64,000 nt of DNA from Escherichia phage E20. Position numbers and translations under genes: made by a program. The notes beneath the pieces are model-generated. The model was not told the DNA's origin. It saw nothing but the letters and a program-made list of their open reading frames with translations, and made no database searches. Shown piece by piece: positions 37,901 through 46,585 of this stretch (position 1 is the stretch's first letter; each line of letters starts with the position of its first letter). The DNA lies in the sequence record OP745616; one strand, 5' to 3'.

Positions 37901-39797
37901 CAGCAGCAGGGGAACCTTGTTCCAGATTAGCCAGAGCACCCGGGTCACGGTTAATGAAGCTATCCATAGACATGATGTTGTCGTACATCTGGATTGCAGC
38001 TTCCATTTGAACGTTGGGGTCTTCGGCAGTATTAACCAAGTCAGCCATCTTCTGAATAGCTTCTACACGGTTAGTGGAACCAGAAACAGCTTCACGGATT
38101 ACTGGGTTAACTTGTTCCAGTTCTACTGGGTCAAACTTCATTGCCTGAGTTAAGTCAGCAGCATACTGGGTAGCAGCAGCTTTCTCTTCCGGAGAAATAT
38201 CCATTGCATCTACTGCTTCCTGTACAGTTGCTTGTGCTTGTTCTGCCTGAGCAGCAGCTTCCTGTGCAGCAGCATTAACCGTAGCATCAGCTACAGGGGA
38301 TGCTTGTTCATTACGCTTGGCAACTTCTTCACCACGTTGAACCAGAATGTTAGTAAGAGGAGATGCAGCTTTTGCTAGTGTTTTACCAACCAGAGAAGCA
38401 CCAGCCAGGGTAGTACGAAGAGTAGGGCCAGCAGCAGCACCGGCAGCTTTAACAGTTGCACCAGGGACTTGAGCAACTCCAGCACTACCGAAGCCATAAA
38501 GTGCACCAAGACCTGCTTGCTCACCAACCCCTTTGAGGGTGTCACGGGATGCATCAACGTTTTCTTTGATTGCAGTATTCTGTGCGAACTGACCAAAGCC
38601 GGATTGAATACCTTCCTCTACAGTTTCACGCAGCATATTAGAACCAGCACCTGCCAGTGAACCTACCTTAAGTGGGTTAAGTTCAAAGCGAGATACCAGT
38701 GGGCCGGTAGCAGCAGCAACTGGAGCAGTTAAGCCAGCAGCAATGATACCTGTTTCAGATGCAGTCTGACGACGTGCTTCATCAGGAGATAAACCATCAG
38801 CAATATGCTGTTGGTAAACAGGAGACTTACTTGCCAGTTCTTGGTGGGACATCTTCATGATTTCAGAAGCAGTCTGTTGGTATGCACCACCAGCTTCCAT
38901 ACCACCGATTGCAATAGCAGGTGCAGCAACACGACCAGCAGACAGTGCAACCTGTGCAGGACGTGAACCTAACCCAGCAGCTAAGGTAATACCCTTAACA
39001 GCTTTATCACCACCTACCATTACTTTACCGAGTGCAGATACACCACGAATAAGTGGACCACCGGTAAAGAGGGAACCAACACCTTCACTCAGTCCGTCAG
39101 AGGCAGCCATACCATTATCAAGTGTATTAGCAACAGAATCGAAAGCATCACGACCAATACGAGACAAGGAGGCAACCAAATCGTTCTCCCCATTTTTGAT
39201 GTCTTGTTCATAAAGTTTCTGATTCTTTTGAGCAGAAATCTGGTTCTGATTCTGAACAACCTTACGGGTAGCATTCAGTGCATCAGACTGTAGATTGTGT
39301 ACGCCTTCATTCAACCAATCCATCCCGGAAGCAATGGTTGCCCCGGCATTATCATTGACCAAACCTGTGCCAAGAGCAGCAATGCCCCCAAGGGTATTAG
39401 CAACACCAAGACCAACACCAGAAAGAGTATCGCCAAATGCTTCTGCGTTAGTACGTTGTTTAGATAAGTCCTGACGTACAACATCCGCAGCATTAGCTCG
39501 GCTATTAAGAATTTGTAGACCTTGCTCATTACCGTATTTATTAATGATTTCTAATGGGGAGGCTTGAGTGAAATCTGCCTGAAGTGAACCTGGTTCGAAT
39601 GCACCGATTCCAAGATTACCTACACGTCCGGTCTGGAGATTGTAAGCATTCTCTGGGGTTAATTGGAAAGGGATTTGCCCTTGTGCAGCTTGCTTCTGAG
39701 AGGTTGCAGTAGAGACATCGACTCGCTTAGCATTAGTGATGCTGTCTGCGAAACCTGCCAGACGGTCAAATGTTGACATAGCATGTTTCCTGTTCAA
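28965..39797 (-). CDS. giant virion-associated RNA polymerase (N4 gp50-like vRNAP) candidate
   Basis: single 3610-aa ORF on minus strand at head of late block, in the size range I recall for N4 vRNAP (~3500 aa); context of N4-like replication and structural genes; catalytic motifs not verified by eye. Confidence 0.75.
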   Translation of the reverse strand: MNRKHAMSTFDRLAGFADSITNAKRVDVSTATSQKQAAQGQIPFQLTPENAYNLQTGRVGNLGIGAFEPGSLQADFTQASPLEIINKYGNEQGLQILNSRANAADVVRQDLSKQRTNAEAFGDTLSGVGLGVANTLGGIAALGTGLVNDNAGATIASGMDWLNEGVHNLQSDALNATRKVVQNQNQISAQKNQKLYEQDIKNGENDLVASLSRIGRDAFDSVANTLDNGMAASDGLSEGVGSLFTGGPLIRGVSALGKVMVGGDKAVKGITLAAGLGSRPAQVALSAGRVAAPAIAIGGMEAGGAYQQTASEIMKMSHQELASKSPVYQQHIADGLSPDEARRQTASETGIIAAGLTAPVAAATGPLVSRFELNPLKVGSLAGAGSNMLRETVEEGIQSGFGQFAQNTAIKENVDASRDTLKGVGEQAGLGALYGFGSAGVAQVPGATVKAAGAAAGPTLRTTLAGASLVGKTLAKAASPLTNILVQRGEEVAKRNEQASPVADATVNAAAQEAAAQAEQAQATVQEAVDAMDISPEEKAAATQYAADLTQAMKFDPVELEQVNPVIREAVSGSTNRVEAIQKMADLVNTAEDPNVQMEAAIQMYDNIMSMDSFINRDPGALANLEQGSPAAAIVDQFSGLMANVQNTPKVLRAFRAIHSMIQEQAEAGKLKATEEANQAQANNIAMAADVSPEVLDADSVNMILKHASEGKITLGNRQRAALQSAAALLQGAREFDAKAEELGLRPQDIVSKQIKTDESRSNEGQYSALQHAKRIRSAYNSGNFDLASAYLSDFMKFAQHMQNKVGALNEHLISGNADKNKSVHYQALSPSREWVRSRTGLGVNPYDTKSVKFAQQVGLEAKTVADIANALATAYPELNVSHVKVTSLDSRLNKPAAQVVKEFRQGGLDATQSQQTNEPVNQVDETPAPVQEDTTTVQPKAKPVVENKTAPTKETSPKTEEVSTTKPETVDATLTNEDTIEQPTESERDAYVKENTISQETLNKSGDRRESPWLFADGTVVGSNGDHISLSDVFGHDGYRDMSLDTGSIRSTFYKGSEQPFVSLQLFDNQKLTAEQFNTVQSFVEANNAQILVGVDTSGRNTNNVEKDEVSLAQLKADYTVGGKPLSEMETVFPVYNNEKTPNQFLKAFTLPEEPKSRTIGSESPLADIKQALSSAARFEAFTQKENNALTGDVLERYQDLMDFGETLKTTLSERLAKFLANKNVGKRFAEGTEANRWVGGKLLNIVEKDGDTFKFNDQLLETAVLAGLQWRLTAAQNAAIKDIKDVAAITGVEASLLPESILAEFENAQTLVEATSSLAQKIESYWGLNRNPNAPLGYTKGIPVAMATEILSSLIEMGAVTETMLDVSEIDPDSNKTIGLYTINKLADKDPINNFPTAIEEAVLVNPEEKMYFGDDIPSVAQTQLRNPAVKNTPEQKAALKAEQATEFRVHMPMVNFYEALGRDSILELMGAGTLNPDLLNKNNAKSLEGKNLSVSMAYDSLFGLINQLKEQENGLDTPIHYGYNMTRVGRMQMLGKNNPQSSKLVREAILPTFSTIDLSNENSQAFSDFQLGLAQALGIKVHKMSREAMSENLTKALEGNLKPAVDMMVEFNKSGYLPTDAVDILKSSLGDNKSFVALMALMEYARYLNSDDRANFNTPLYVEADGVTNGPINAMVLMTGGKFTQNWIKNTAKGGLFFGKAGKTMNEHHSYDDSIDLYEASTNSLQFYLNELRSAYRNNVPIMSQMNHLQKLMDLFIKDFNLNEDGTLDLKRGIAKNPLTITIYGSGARGIAGKMVSAITDTIYERLSDVLQARAADPSISPAMAMFGKEAASEADAQAMLDTFLTSMEALTGKIPAKRKGKLFIKEVDGALTGELDPQEFTVSGDALKNLQENMLHFFVEPMRQSIRFTVGEGLMHSTENLQKATQIQSLVLQDMFQQAVQAKLAEKEKDPTWKKGDFLTQKELNEIQESLSPLAPMIETGSQTFYIAGSENTDVANQVLATNLDDRMRVPMSVYAPSQAGVAGIPFMTIGTGDGMMMQTLSTMKGAPKNTLKIFDGMNIGINDITDASRKANEAVYTSWQGNPIKNVYDSFSKFMKNVDFNKLSDKTIDDIARSALDFEQLSHISRVEGDRQYKIDMIKNSGVNLIERNLRNIALGVDIRHKVMNQVQTTVDQMAAVGAPYVNNGKISLEGLTVDQQVAKLNELFDAELNKRRDAVRAAKAEPVKEVPVKEVPAMEQVGRVLKSGVRMLSNTAITRLAKEMSPEQQAVLKEVQKSLAAKDYKVVYGTPAQLDAYAIEKNITRPAPEDIEAAEAGNAYGWTNFDDKTIYLVTPSLETLVHELVHASTFESVLAHYEGTPNEAVQNIEDLMNQFRTLDVKNESPAVREAYADALNTINGHLSNGFIEPAMAKAAALNEYMAWGLTNRELIGKQKKTTALKTMVQSVYEAIKRLVFGRKKAPANADDMFSGLLFNSSVVMRGQAPTAAVSKDTTLFHNKAYGDNIRLEELGQTFDKLITNYIGSEPVQQVIRKGKFSDAVVNATKVTRDVQAHGFTMNMQEQRLFTNIVAALAIEAAISPAALSRAQEYYAHVTKNLTVEAFMADPDSTNPADRYYAQQKFDTIMGANNIEFDAQGRSSLLPTFVGLAMVSEEVRNVLANIPVMKADKKSGNTIDAMLTNIGTAAMSSLNARVAGDTKATNVQEGMDALAQTIMQTSLNAQSLYDSVATPSGNAIDRSNQYLVDSIDALSTRALESAREVAANTKNPLVKGAAHAAQLIAAIATEKNGAIVAEGVMAAMNQGKVWQPFHDLVNDLTGRTKSNASVYDLIKAVRAQVQADRQQFREHLPTTIASKFSRKLTNDEWKAMHTGMGKTDLAVLRDTMSLAEIRDLLSDQKIVDREVNKLEADLQKQAGRNWPLISRKSKQLAQFMINGTVGNNLLRNATAISRMLGERQAARSTVDVAQLDKLITLYALEAMNKSDREMLSSLAQSEVDGMDFATSYLVGQRKDEMAKAKSDMRATLNQYKGHIPSETKQGVNLIVAEDSQFGDLIEKSYVRLGTYQGSSANRGPARSYYFAPVQAQAPFSQGILQNVRNTAGGVDIGTGFTMGSMVAGRITDKPSVDRITKALARGERGNEPLMPVYDDKGNVVAYEQSIDPNMLKHIEGENHLARAIGVWRGRQVEEAKAQRFNDMLIENLHSMYENDIKMSSANKSQYVNLLGSKLDPVTADALKLMNSETRQKAESLFGEGELWVRRDMLNDALGYRAASVGDAWSGNSRWSPETLDTFKKAMLGVFGNRAYKYTMGGENLVQNLVKEAKTLIVVKSVVVPAVNFLANLYQMVARGVPVKNIAKSIPQKTAEINQYLKSRLRQVDAEAELRAATNPNQIRKLKAEIQSITDSHKRMSIWPLLEAGEFSSIADAGIGRDDILITEGKLHEYMEKLADKLPKSVRTAGRYALITKDTALFQGIQKTVEYSDFIAKAIIYDELTQRKGKTREEALGRVTEEFVNYDRLPGRFRGYMESVGLMWFYNFKIRSAKVAVSMIRNNPVHAAMAMLAPTPTMFGNVGLPIQDNIFSIAAKGSLDYSWGFGQGLRAHNLNPWMNLVN

Positions 39798-39842
39798 ACT
39801 TATATCGTATATAGGTAACTTACTCTACAGTAAGCCAGTGTA

Positions 39843-39868
39843 AGAAAAAAGCCCCGTAGGGCTTTTAT
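39843..39868 (-). terminator. rho-independent terminator (minus strand) upstream of vRNAP gene
   Basis: minus-strand reading aaagccctacggggctttttt: stem agccc/gggct then T6. Confidence 0.45.
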
Positions 39869-39873
39869 TAGTA

Positions 39874-41838
39874 TTACCGATTTTGTCTTGGTTGCATATA
39901 CTCGGGCAGTCCTTGTGCCTGACGTAAGTATCGTGCAGCACGCTCTTCATCTTCCTTGGCTCGTGCCCTGTCCACACTAGCCTGTGACTGGAAACCTCTT
40001 GGAGCCAGGTTAGCTGGGTCAGCTTGAACTTGTGCCTGTGCAGCTTGGAGCATTGCAGCAGCTTTAGTAACAGCTTCCTGTCTTGCAGGTAACAATGCAG
40101 TAAGACCTGTTTGTCCGGTGTTAATCTTATTCTGGGTATTTGCCAGTGCAGCTACAGCAGCATCATATGCAGTCTGTGCTGCCTGAATATTCTGCATAGC
40201 TTGAGCACGACCCAGGTTACGAACACTACCTTCCAGTGGCTCTCCCCGTTTCACACCCTCAATTAACTGTTCTACCTGACGGTCATTAAGACGCATACCA
40301 TTACCAGCTTCATTGGTAATGAATGGGTTAACTGCATCAATAGCACGGCTAATATAACCCTCCGGTACACCAGTCTGTGCACGTTGCATAACAGCAGCAG
40401 CCATAGCTGGTGACATATTCCCACGTTGAGAAATATCATTCAGTCGGTTCAGTACCCAGTTACGGTCAGCACCTTTAAAATCACCCTCCAACAGACGGTT
40501 AGCAATCTCACCTACTGGGGTATTATCAGTGACAGTACCAAGGAAGTCGGTGTTAAGACTACCGGTGTTATCCTGCATAGAACGAGTACCAATCATACCA
40601 GTAGCCAAAGTAGATACTGCCTGATTACCTTGATTATTCTGAACCATAGCGAGTGGGTCAGCCCCCACTTCTGCTTGGGCAATAACAGGTTTAATCTGTT
40701 CCCAAGTCATATCCTTATAAGCACCCGGAGTAGAGTTAGGTAGAGCAGCCCAGGTATCTTTAAGATTACCATTCTTGCGAGACTCGAAGATAGCCTTACC
40801 AATCTTATCCTGGTTCTCAGGAGAAAGCGGCTGGCTTTGCCAATCTGAACCAAGAACTTTAGGAGCGAAGTCTTGCAGAGTAGCTTGGTTAATCTGGAAT
40901 GCACCAACAGGTGAAGCACCCTGGTTCGTCTTCATACCTTCTTGATGCTTAACTACATCACCAATACTCATTTGAGTAATAGGAGTAGAAGTACCAGCAA
41001 ACTGGTAAGTAACATCATAAGGGGAACCCTGACGTGTACCAGCAGTACCCGGAGCAGATGCAGCACCCACACCATTACCGTATACACCCGGGTAAGCACT
41101 AGCCAGTAATCCCTGCAAACGTGCCTGTGCAACCGGGGACAGGTTCTTACTATATGCTTCTGCCAACAGACGGGCATCATTAGGGTTCTCAGCACCACGG
41201 GTAATCTGTGACATTACACCCATAGCAGCCTGACTATCAGCATCATTACGCTGAGCAACACCTAAATCAAAACGATTCTGAGCTTGATTAATAGCCTGAC
41301 CACCCTGACCTTGAAGACTACTCAGCATGTCCAATTGCTGGTTAGCAGGGAGTGCAGACAATGCATCACGGGTCTGACTTAATGCAGCATTAATACGGTT
41401 CTGGTCACCGGACTGATAAGCCTCAGACAGTAAACGAATAGCAGGGGAAGCATTATCTAATGCAGAGTTAGTATCCTGCAAACGTCCAAAGATATAAGCA
41501 TTGTAGTCATTGGTTCCCTGCTGACCTTGTTGAGTCAGTAATGTACCTGCTCTCTCGTCCAGATTCTGGAGAGTACGCTGGTTTATCAGTGAAGGGTCAA
41601 CCCCCTGAAACAATGCACCAGATGCTAAAGCATTACGGTACTCATTCGGGTCTTGATACTGCATAGCATTCATCATGACGGCATTGCCAGCCTCCTGCTT
41701 GGCAGCGTTCTGGAAATTACCCAGTGCATCACTTAAGCCGGAGGTGGCGTTACCAATCATGTTGCCAAATGTGCGAATGCTGTCACCAACTCCAGAGAAG
41801 TTAGGTGCATCAACATTTCTCCACGTTATCTGAGCCAT
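39874..41838 (-). CDS. virion structural protein (N4 gp51-like position)
   Basis: 654-aa ORF, Gln/Ala/Asn-rich, directly upstream of vRNAP gene in late block. Confidence 0.45.
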   Translation of the reverse strand: MAQITWRNVDAPNFSGVGDSIRTFGNMIGNATSGLSDALGNFQNAAKQEAGNAVMMNAMQYQDPNEYRNALASGALFQGVDPSLINQRTLQNLDERAGTLLTQQGQQGTNDYNAYIFGRLQDTNSALDNASPAIRLLSEAYQSGDQNRINAALSQTRDALSALPANQQLDMLSSLQGQGGQAINQAQNRFDLGVAQRNDADSQAAMGVMSQITRGAENPNDARLLAEAYSKNLSPVAQARLQGLLASAYPGVYGNGVGAASAPGTAGTRQGSPYDVTYQFAGTSTPITQMSIGDVVKHQEGMKTNQGASPVGAFQINQATLQDFAPKVLGSDWQSQPLSPENQDKIGKAIFESRKNGNLKDTWAALPNSTPGAYKDMTWEQIKPVIAQAEVGADPLAMVQNNQGNQAVSTLATGMIGTRSMQDNTGSLNTDFLGTVTDNTPVGEIANRLLEGDFKGADRNWVLNRLNDISQRGNMSPAMAAAVMQRAQTGVPEGYISRAIDAVNPFITNEAGNGMRLNDRQVEQLIEGVKRGEPLEGSVRNLGRAQAMQNIQAAQTAYDAAVAALANTQNKINTGQTGLTALLPARQEAVTKAAAMLQAAQAQVQADPANLAPRGFQSQASVDRARAKEDEERAARYLRQAQGLPEYMQPRQNR

Positions 41839-41850
41839 GATGGTTTCCTA

Positions 41851-42315
41851 TTAACGGGTTAGTTTATTAGCTGCAATGTAAGCATCAGCTGAAGACTGGT
41901 CACGGTTCTCTGCTGTAGCACGACTACGAGCACGGTCTTCCAGTGCAGTGTTATAAGACTTAATCTGGTTATTCAGGTTAGTGTTAGTAACACTCTTAGT
42001 AAAGTTCAACTGGTCTTTGGCTAACTTGTTAGCCTGGAAACCACTATAGATACCAGCTAAGGAACCAAGTGCACCAAGTCCTAGTTGGAAGGTAGGTACA
42101 TTCATACCAAACTGATTAGCTGAACCAGACAAGAAAGAGGTAGGGGTAGTTAACCCTGTACCTGCATTCATACCAATAGCTGCACCGGGGGCATAGTTCA
42201 TAGCTGGGGTATTAAAGTTCTGATTGTTATTAGACATCCAAGACATAGCCGCTGGCTGTGGGGTTTGGTTGCCTGTTAAGAATGACAAATCCATAGGGAT
42301 TCTCCTGTTAAACAA
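41851..42315 (-). CDS. virion protein, hypothetical
   Basis: 154-aa ORF in late block; Gly/Ala/Asn-rich. Confidence 0.4.
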   Translation of the reverse strand: MFNRRIPMDLSFLTGNQTPQPAAMSWMSNNNQNFNTPAMNYAPGAAIGMNAGTGLTTPTSFLSGSANQFGMNVPTFQLGLGALGSLAGIYSGFQANKLAKDQLNFTKSVTNTNLNNQIKSYNTALEDRARSRATAENRDQSSADAYIAANKLTR

Positions 42316-44962
42316 GGTCAGTATTAAGAGTCATATCAGAGTAGCTGCCAACCATGTTTAAAGACATGTCAGCTATATCCGAACCAGTCATAAGAGTACG
42401 TGAGAGGAAAGAATCCAACGACTCCATTGACACAAATTGCATAGGGTCAATTACACCCTGCCCAGCAGTACCAAACATTTCTTCATACTGCTTATTGATT
42501 GCCATCATATCAGTATTGTACTGCTGCATTACATTCTCTGCTTTCTGAATAGTAACAGCCGTAGATGCATTAATATACTGGCTAATGCCGTTACCTACTG
42601 AACTGGTAAGTTGCATGATGTTCTGAGCATTCATCATTTCACTGGCTAAAGTAGATAAGGATGTACCAGTAGACAGAGCAGTACCAACGTTCATGGCTAC
42701 CATTGAAGCAACAGCAGCAATGATAAAGCCTAGCTTATCACCAAAGAGTGAAGTGGATACTTTAGTGATAATAGATACCAGAATCATTGCAGCAATGGCG
42801 TTTGCTACAGCACCTACTATTACAGCAGCCAATCCAACAAAACCAAGTGATGCACCAACTGCACCGTATGCCCCAAGAATACCTGCACCACCAGCACCCA
42901 TAGTGAATACGGATACAACAACAGCAACTACAACAACCACAATCTTAAAGGCAGATGTTGTATACCATTTCTGCTTAACTTTCTTATATGAGTTCATTAC
43001 TAAGTAGGAACAAGCAGTAGACAGTTGAGTACTACGAGTCAGTGACATTGAACGGTAGATGTTAGTGTGCAGTGGGATAATGAATCCACTCTCTTCTGCA
43101 TCACCCATTGCTTCAGCAACATCAATGCTTACTGACTTATTTTTATATACCCTGTTATTGTGATTTAAACCAAGTACCCTAAGTTTACGGTAGGTATTGT
43201 TACCATCCTGCCAAAGCAATTCATACTCCTGCATAGAATAAAACGTAGTGGTAACTTCCAGTTTCTTAGTCGAACCAGAGTTACTAGCAGTTCGTATATT
43301 CTTACGGGTAAGTGTTATATCTCCTGCATACCTGGCTCGAAGTTGCCCTTGCTTAGCACCAGTCCATGCTTCACCGGAATGGGTAGTTTCAGACGCATAG
43401 TTCCACCCAATGGTCATGTCGTACTTGTACTGTTTATTACTATGTACCCTAAACTCTCGCTTAGGTATAACAGGGTATTCTGGAAGAGGTGGAGGTGTTC
43501 CAACAGTTTGACCTTCCTGCCTGTTCCACCATTCTACGTATGCATCAACTGCATCATTTGCTGCCTGATAACCTGCAATCACTGCTTCCAGTGTGGGGTA
43601 GGTTGGGTCAGGTGGGAATGCTTCAGTAGCCATCTGAAAGAAACGGTAGATGTATTCCTTAGCAGTATCCTCAGGAGTATTAAGAGATACACCGAATGTG
43701 CCATAGATGTATTGGATATCACCTATGTCGTCATTCTTCTTAAGCTCAGTCACTACTTTATTGAGCTTACCACCAGTAGCTTTATAGAGTGCCTTCTTGC
43801 AGTGAGGGTAGATTGGGTCATTCTCTACCCATTGCTTATCATTCCTGATTGGAATGAATGGATAGAATCGGTTATCAGTAGCTTCAGTCTCAAACAGAGA
43901 ATCGAGTGCAACGTTGCCAGAGTTCTGCTTATAGATAAGCATCTTAGGTGTACCAACAGCAGTCATCTCAGTATCAGTACGAGTAGTCTGGGATGAGTAC
44001 TTACGAACCAGTGTCTCTGTAGTTGTAGTGATTGTATCAGTGCGAGTAACACCTCCACCTAAATCAACAACATTGGTAGTTACAGTAGTACTGGATTGAA
44101 TCTCACCAAACTTTGTATGAGTCATTACCCTGTCAGATACAACTACAGTTACATCATCAGGTTTCTCAGTGAACCCTCTACGGTAAACCTTAACGTAAGA
44201 GTTCCAGTTATCCACACTTGGTTCAGTAACAGTACTGTCTTCATCCGGTCTACCATCAGAGTAAACAGAATGAGTCTGTATAGTCTTAGTAAGATTGGTT
44301 GTGTTAGCTGTCGTATCGCTTGAGATGGTAGTCCACAACAAAGTAGACGGTAAGTCATCCTCGTCATCATAGACAGTAGTCGGTCCTACTACTGGTGGAT
44401 TAGTAGCTGGGGACTTATAGAATGTGTAATCAGCATAGAGGTATAAAGCACCTGGTTCAAAGTTAGTAGGTGTGAATGTAATGGTAGAACCTCCATCCAG
44501 GGAGGTCATAGTAATTTCATTAGTATCCTCATCAATGTCTACGTCGAATCGTTCCATGATTCGACTTGGGGCATTCTCGTAAAGATACTGATCACACCAT
44601 TGCTCAAAGTCAGCAAAGCCAATCTCTGCTGCCTGAACATAGACTGATTCACCAGCAGGTGGAGTAATTTGACCCTCTATAACAGTAGGGTCAATCTTAG
44701 CCAGTACACCTAATGAAGAACCTGCCATACCAACTTCTGAGTCATAGTGGTTCTTACTCCAGCTGGAGAACAGTCGCATACGAATACCAGGCCCATTCAG
44801 ATAACTATCAGAGATAGTGTCTGCCATAGTGAAACCTGTATCAGCAACAATCTTACCGATGACTACAGTCTTCATATAGTTTGGACGCTTATGAATATCC
44901 CCTGCCATGTTATAGACAGAGGATGCTACGTATACTTTGGTCTTCCCACTGAATAAGCCCAT
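42308..44962 (-). CDS. large virion structural protein (internal/ejection protein candidate)
   Basis: 884-aa ORF; C-terminal region has hydrophobic Gly/Ala-rich segments (VVVVVAVVVSVFTMGAGGAGILGAYGAVGASLGFVGLAAVIVGAVANAIAAMILV) suggesting membrane insertion. Confidence 0.45.
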   Translation of the reverse strand: MGLFSGKTKVYVASSVYNMAGDIHKRPNYMKTVVIGKIVADTGFTMADTISDSYLNGPGIRMRLFSSWSKNHYDSEVGMAGSSLGVLAKIDPTVIEGQITPPAGESVYVQAAEIGFADFEQWCDQYLYENAPSRIMERFDVDIDEDTNEITMTSLDGGSTITFTPTNFEPGALYLYADYTFYKSPATNPPVVGPTTVYDDEDDLPSTLLWTTISSDTTANTTNLTKTIQTHSVYSDGRPDEDSTVTEPSVDNWNSYVKVYRRGFTEKPDDVTVVVSDRVMTHTKFGEIQSSTTVTTNVVDLGGGVTRTDTITTTTETLVRKYSSQTTRTDTEMTAVGTPKMLIYKQNSGNVALDSLFETEATDNRFYPFIPIRNDKQWVENDPIYPHCKKALYKATGGKLNKVVTELKKNDDIGDIQYIYGTFGVSLNTPEDTAKEYIYRFFQMATEAFPPDPTYPTLEAVIAGYQAANDAVDAYVEWWNRQEGQTVGTPPPLPEYPVIPKREFRVHSNKQYKYDMTIGWNYASETTHSGEAWTGAKQGQLRARYAGDITLTRKNIRTASNSGSTKKLEVTTTFYSMQEYELLWQDGNNTYRKLRVLGLNHNNRVYKNKSVSIDVAEAMGDAEESGFIIPLHTNIYRSMSLTRSTQLSTACSYLVMNSYKKVKQKWYTTSAFKIVVVVVAVVVSVFTMGAGGAGILGAYGAVGASLGFVGLAAVIVGAVANAIAAMILVSIITKVSTSLFGDKLGFIIAAVASMVAMNVGTALSTGTSLSTLASEMMNAQNIMQLTSSVGNGISQYINASTAVTIQKAENVMQQYNTDMMAINKQYEEMFGTAGQGVIDPMQFVSMESLDSFLSRTLMTGSDIADMSLNMVGSYSDMTLNTDLV

Positions 44963-44963
44963 A

Positions 44964-45806
44964 TTAGTTCAGCCCGTTGTTAGACTTCAGCTTGGTCAGA
45001 ATGGTATCAATACTTGCGTTAGTGAAACCATTAGGTGGGTTCAAGCCTTCATCAATAGTCTTCTGTGTAATCCATGCATCAGTAAACAGTTTAGATGCTT
45101 TAACTTCTGCATCACGTTGGTAAGAAGTAATCTGTTGAGAGTACAACTCTTTCTGCTTACCTACGGAACCAGTAACAGTAGCTCCATCACTGCGAGTATC
45201 CAGTGTCTGTGCACGCTGTGCTTCGGTCTGCTCAGTAATCAGTTTAAGCTGTTGAGGTAACATCTGGTCAGCATTAAACAATGCAGCACAGTATGTTTCA
45301 GACTCAGTAGCAATCTTCAACTTAGTGAGAGCATATTCACTCTTAGCAGACAGTGCCTGAATCTTAGCTAGCACAAACTGTGCCTTAGATGCTGCCAGTT
45401 GAACACGAGCAGTAACTGCCTGAATCTGTGCCATAGCAGCAGCCCAGTATGCTTGGTCACGACCAAGTAAGAACTGAACAGCATTGCTCATGCACGATTC
45501 CATCATAGCAATATATGCTTTGGTATATTCACCACCGGTAATACGGTTAGCTTTAAACTCAGCTTTAAGATGGTTATGTGCAGATTCCATTAATGCATCA
45601 AACGTACCACTACCACCTACTTCACGGGTAGTAAGTGATTCGTTGGTTACTTTAGAAATAGCATCAAAGATTGGGGAATCATCACCACCAGGAATATCCC
45701 ATTCAGGGCCAGACATATCAATATCAGGGAGGGTAAAGTCATCACCCTTAGTTAACTCTTCTAGGAGTCGGTTAGCTTCTACCTCAGCAGAACAAGACAT
45801 AATCAT
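44964..45806 (-). CDS. virion structural protein, hypothetical
   Basis: 280-aa ORF in late block. Confidence 0.4.
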   Translation of the reverse strand: MIMSCSAEVEANRLLEELTKGDDFTLPDIDMSGPEWDIPGGDDSPIFDAISKVTNESLTTREVGGSGTFDALMESAHNHLKAEFKANRITGGEYTKAYIAMMESCMSNAVQFLLGRDQAYWAAAMAQIQAVTARVQLAASKAQFVLAKIQALSAKSEYALTKLKIATESETYCAALFNADQMLPQQLKLITEQTEAQRAQTLDTRSDGATVTGSVGKQKELYSQQITSYQRDAEVKASKLFTDAWITQKTIDEGLNPPNGFTNASIDTILTKLKSNNGLN

Positions 45807-45814
45807 TCCTCTTG

Positions 45815-45858
45815 GTTCAAAAAGAAACGGCCCACGGAGTTACCCCAGTGAGCCGTGT
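45815..45858 (-). terminator. possible terminator (minus strand)
   Basis: stem cacgg/ccgtg with long loop; minus-strand sequence continues gggccgtttcttttt. Confidence 0.3.
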
Positions 45859-45876
45859 TGAACTGTAGCTTATACG

Positions 45877-46518
45877 TTAATCGTTCAGGCTACCAGCAGC
45901 AATCTGTGCTTGAGCCAGTTGAGCCAATTCTGCTTCAGTCAGCGGAGGCAATACTTCAATGGAGAACTCTCGTGCTTCTGTTGCACGGATATCCGGTAAG
46001 CCATTTTTACCTTTACGAGTCGTAATGTTGATGAACTTACGTTCTTTGAGGAACTCGTAGATACAGTACGGAATATGATAACCATTGTCGGTCACTTCAC
46101 CGAATGGAACAAACTTACGTACAGTACCCATATATTCGTTAGCTACGGTGATAATCTCACCAGGCAGGTCTTTCTTCTTAGGATCAAGGTTCTGGATACG
46201 TACACGAATCAGTCGAGTCTGTTCTGCACGAATCTTCTGACCCAGAGTCATTTTCTTAACACCTGCTTCTTGTTTTTCACCCAAAGGATTAACAGCAGTT
46301 TCTTTTACTTCTGGTTCATCTTTTGCTTGTGCAGCTTCAATCTTCTCACGGAGTTTCTCAACGGAGATGTTGTTAGAGAACTTAATATTCATCAACGTTG
46401 CACGTTGCTTAAGAACTTCAAGTTCGCTAGGCATTGCAATATCGTTAACGGTATCTTCGTTGCCCTGTACGTCCAGTTCTACGTCAGTGGTCGGTTTATC
46501 GTTAATGCTCATGTTCAT
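45877..46518 (-). CDS. hypothetical virion-associated protein
   Basis: 213-aa ORF downstream of capsid gene. Confidence 0.4.
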   Translation of the reverse strand: MNMSINDKPTTDVELDVQGNEDTVNDIAMPSELEVLKQRATLMNIKFSNNISVEKLREKIEAAQAKDEPEVKETAVNPLGEKQEAGVKKMTLGQKIRAEQTRLIRVRIQNLDPKKKDLPGEIITVANEYMGTVRKFVPFGEVTDNGYHIPYCIYEFLKERKFINITTRKGKNGLPDIRATEAREFSIEVLPPLTEAELAQLAQAQIAAGSLND

Positions 46519-46547
46519 ATTTCCTGTGGTTCAACTAGTTTTATTAA

Positions 46548-46578
46548 GAGGGGGACTTATGTCCCCCTTGTTTTATTT
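46548..46578. terminator. strong hairpin after major capsid gene (terminator/attenuator candidate)
   Basis: 8-bp stem agggggac/gtccccct with loop ttat; T-rich tract on plus side only. Confidence 0.35.
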
Positions 46579-46585
46579 AGGACTA

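Noticed and set aside
29000-39790. Numerous 60-180-aa plus-strand ORFs inside the giant minus-strand gene (e.g. 30016-30228, 32016-32519, 33192-33734, 37149-37565)
   Set aside because: All lie antisense within one uninterrupted 3610-codon ORF, have no RBS/terminator context and low-complexity odd compositions; chance ORFs.
43343-43996. 217-aa plus-strand ORF inside the 884-aa virion protein gene
   Set aside because: Antisense to a long conserved-looking late gene; Cys/Leu-rich junk-like translation.
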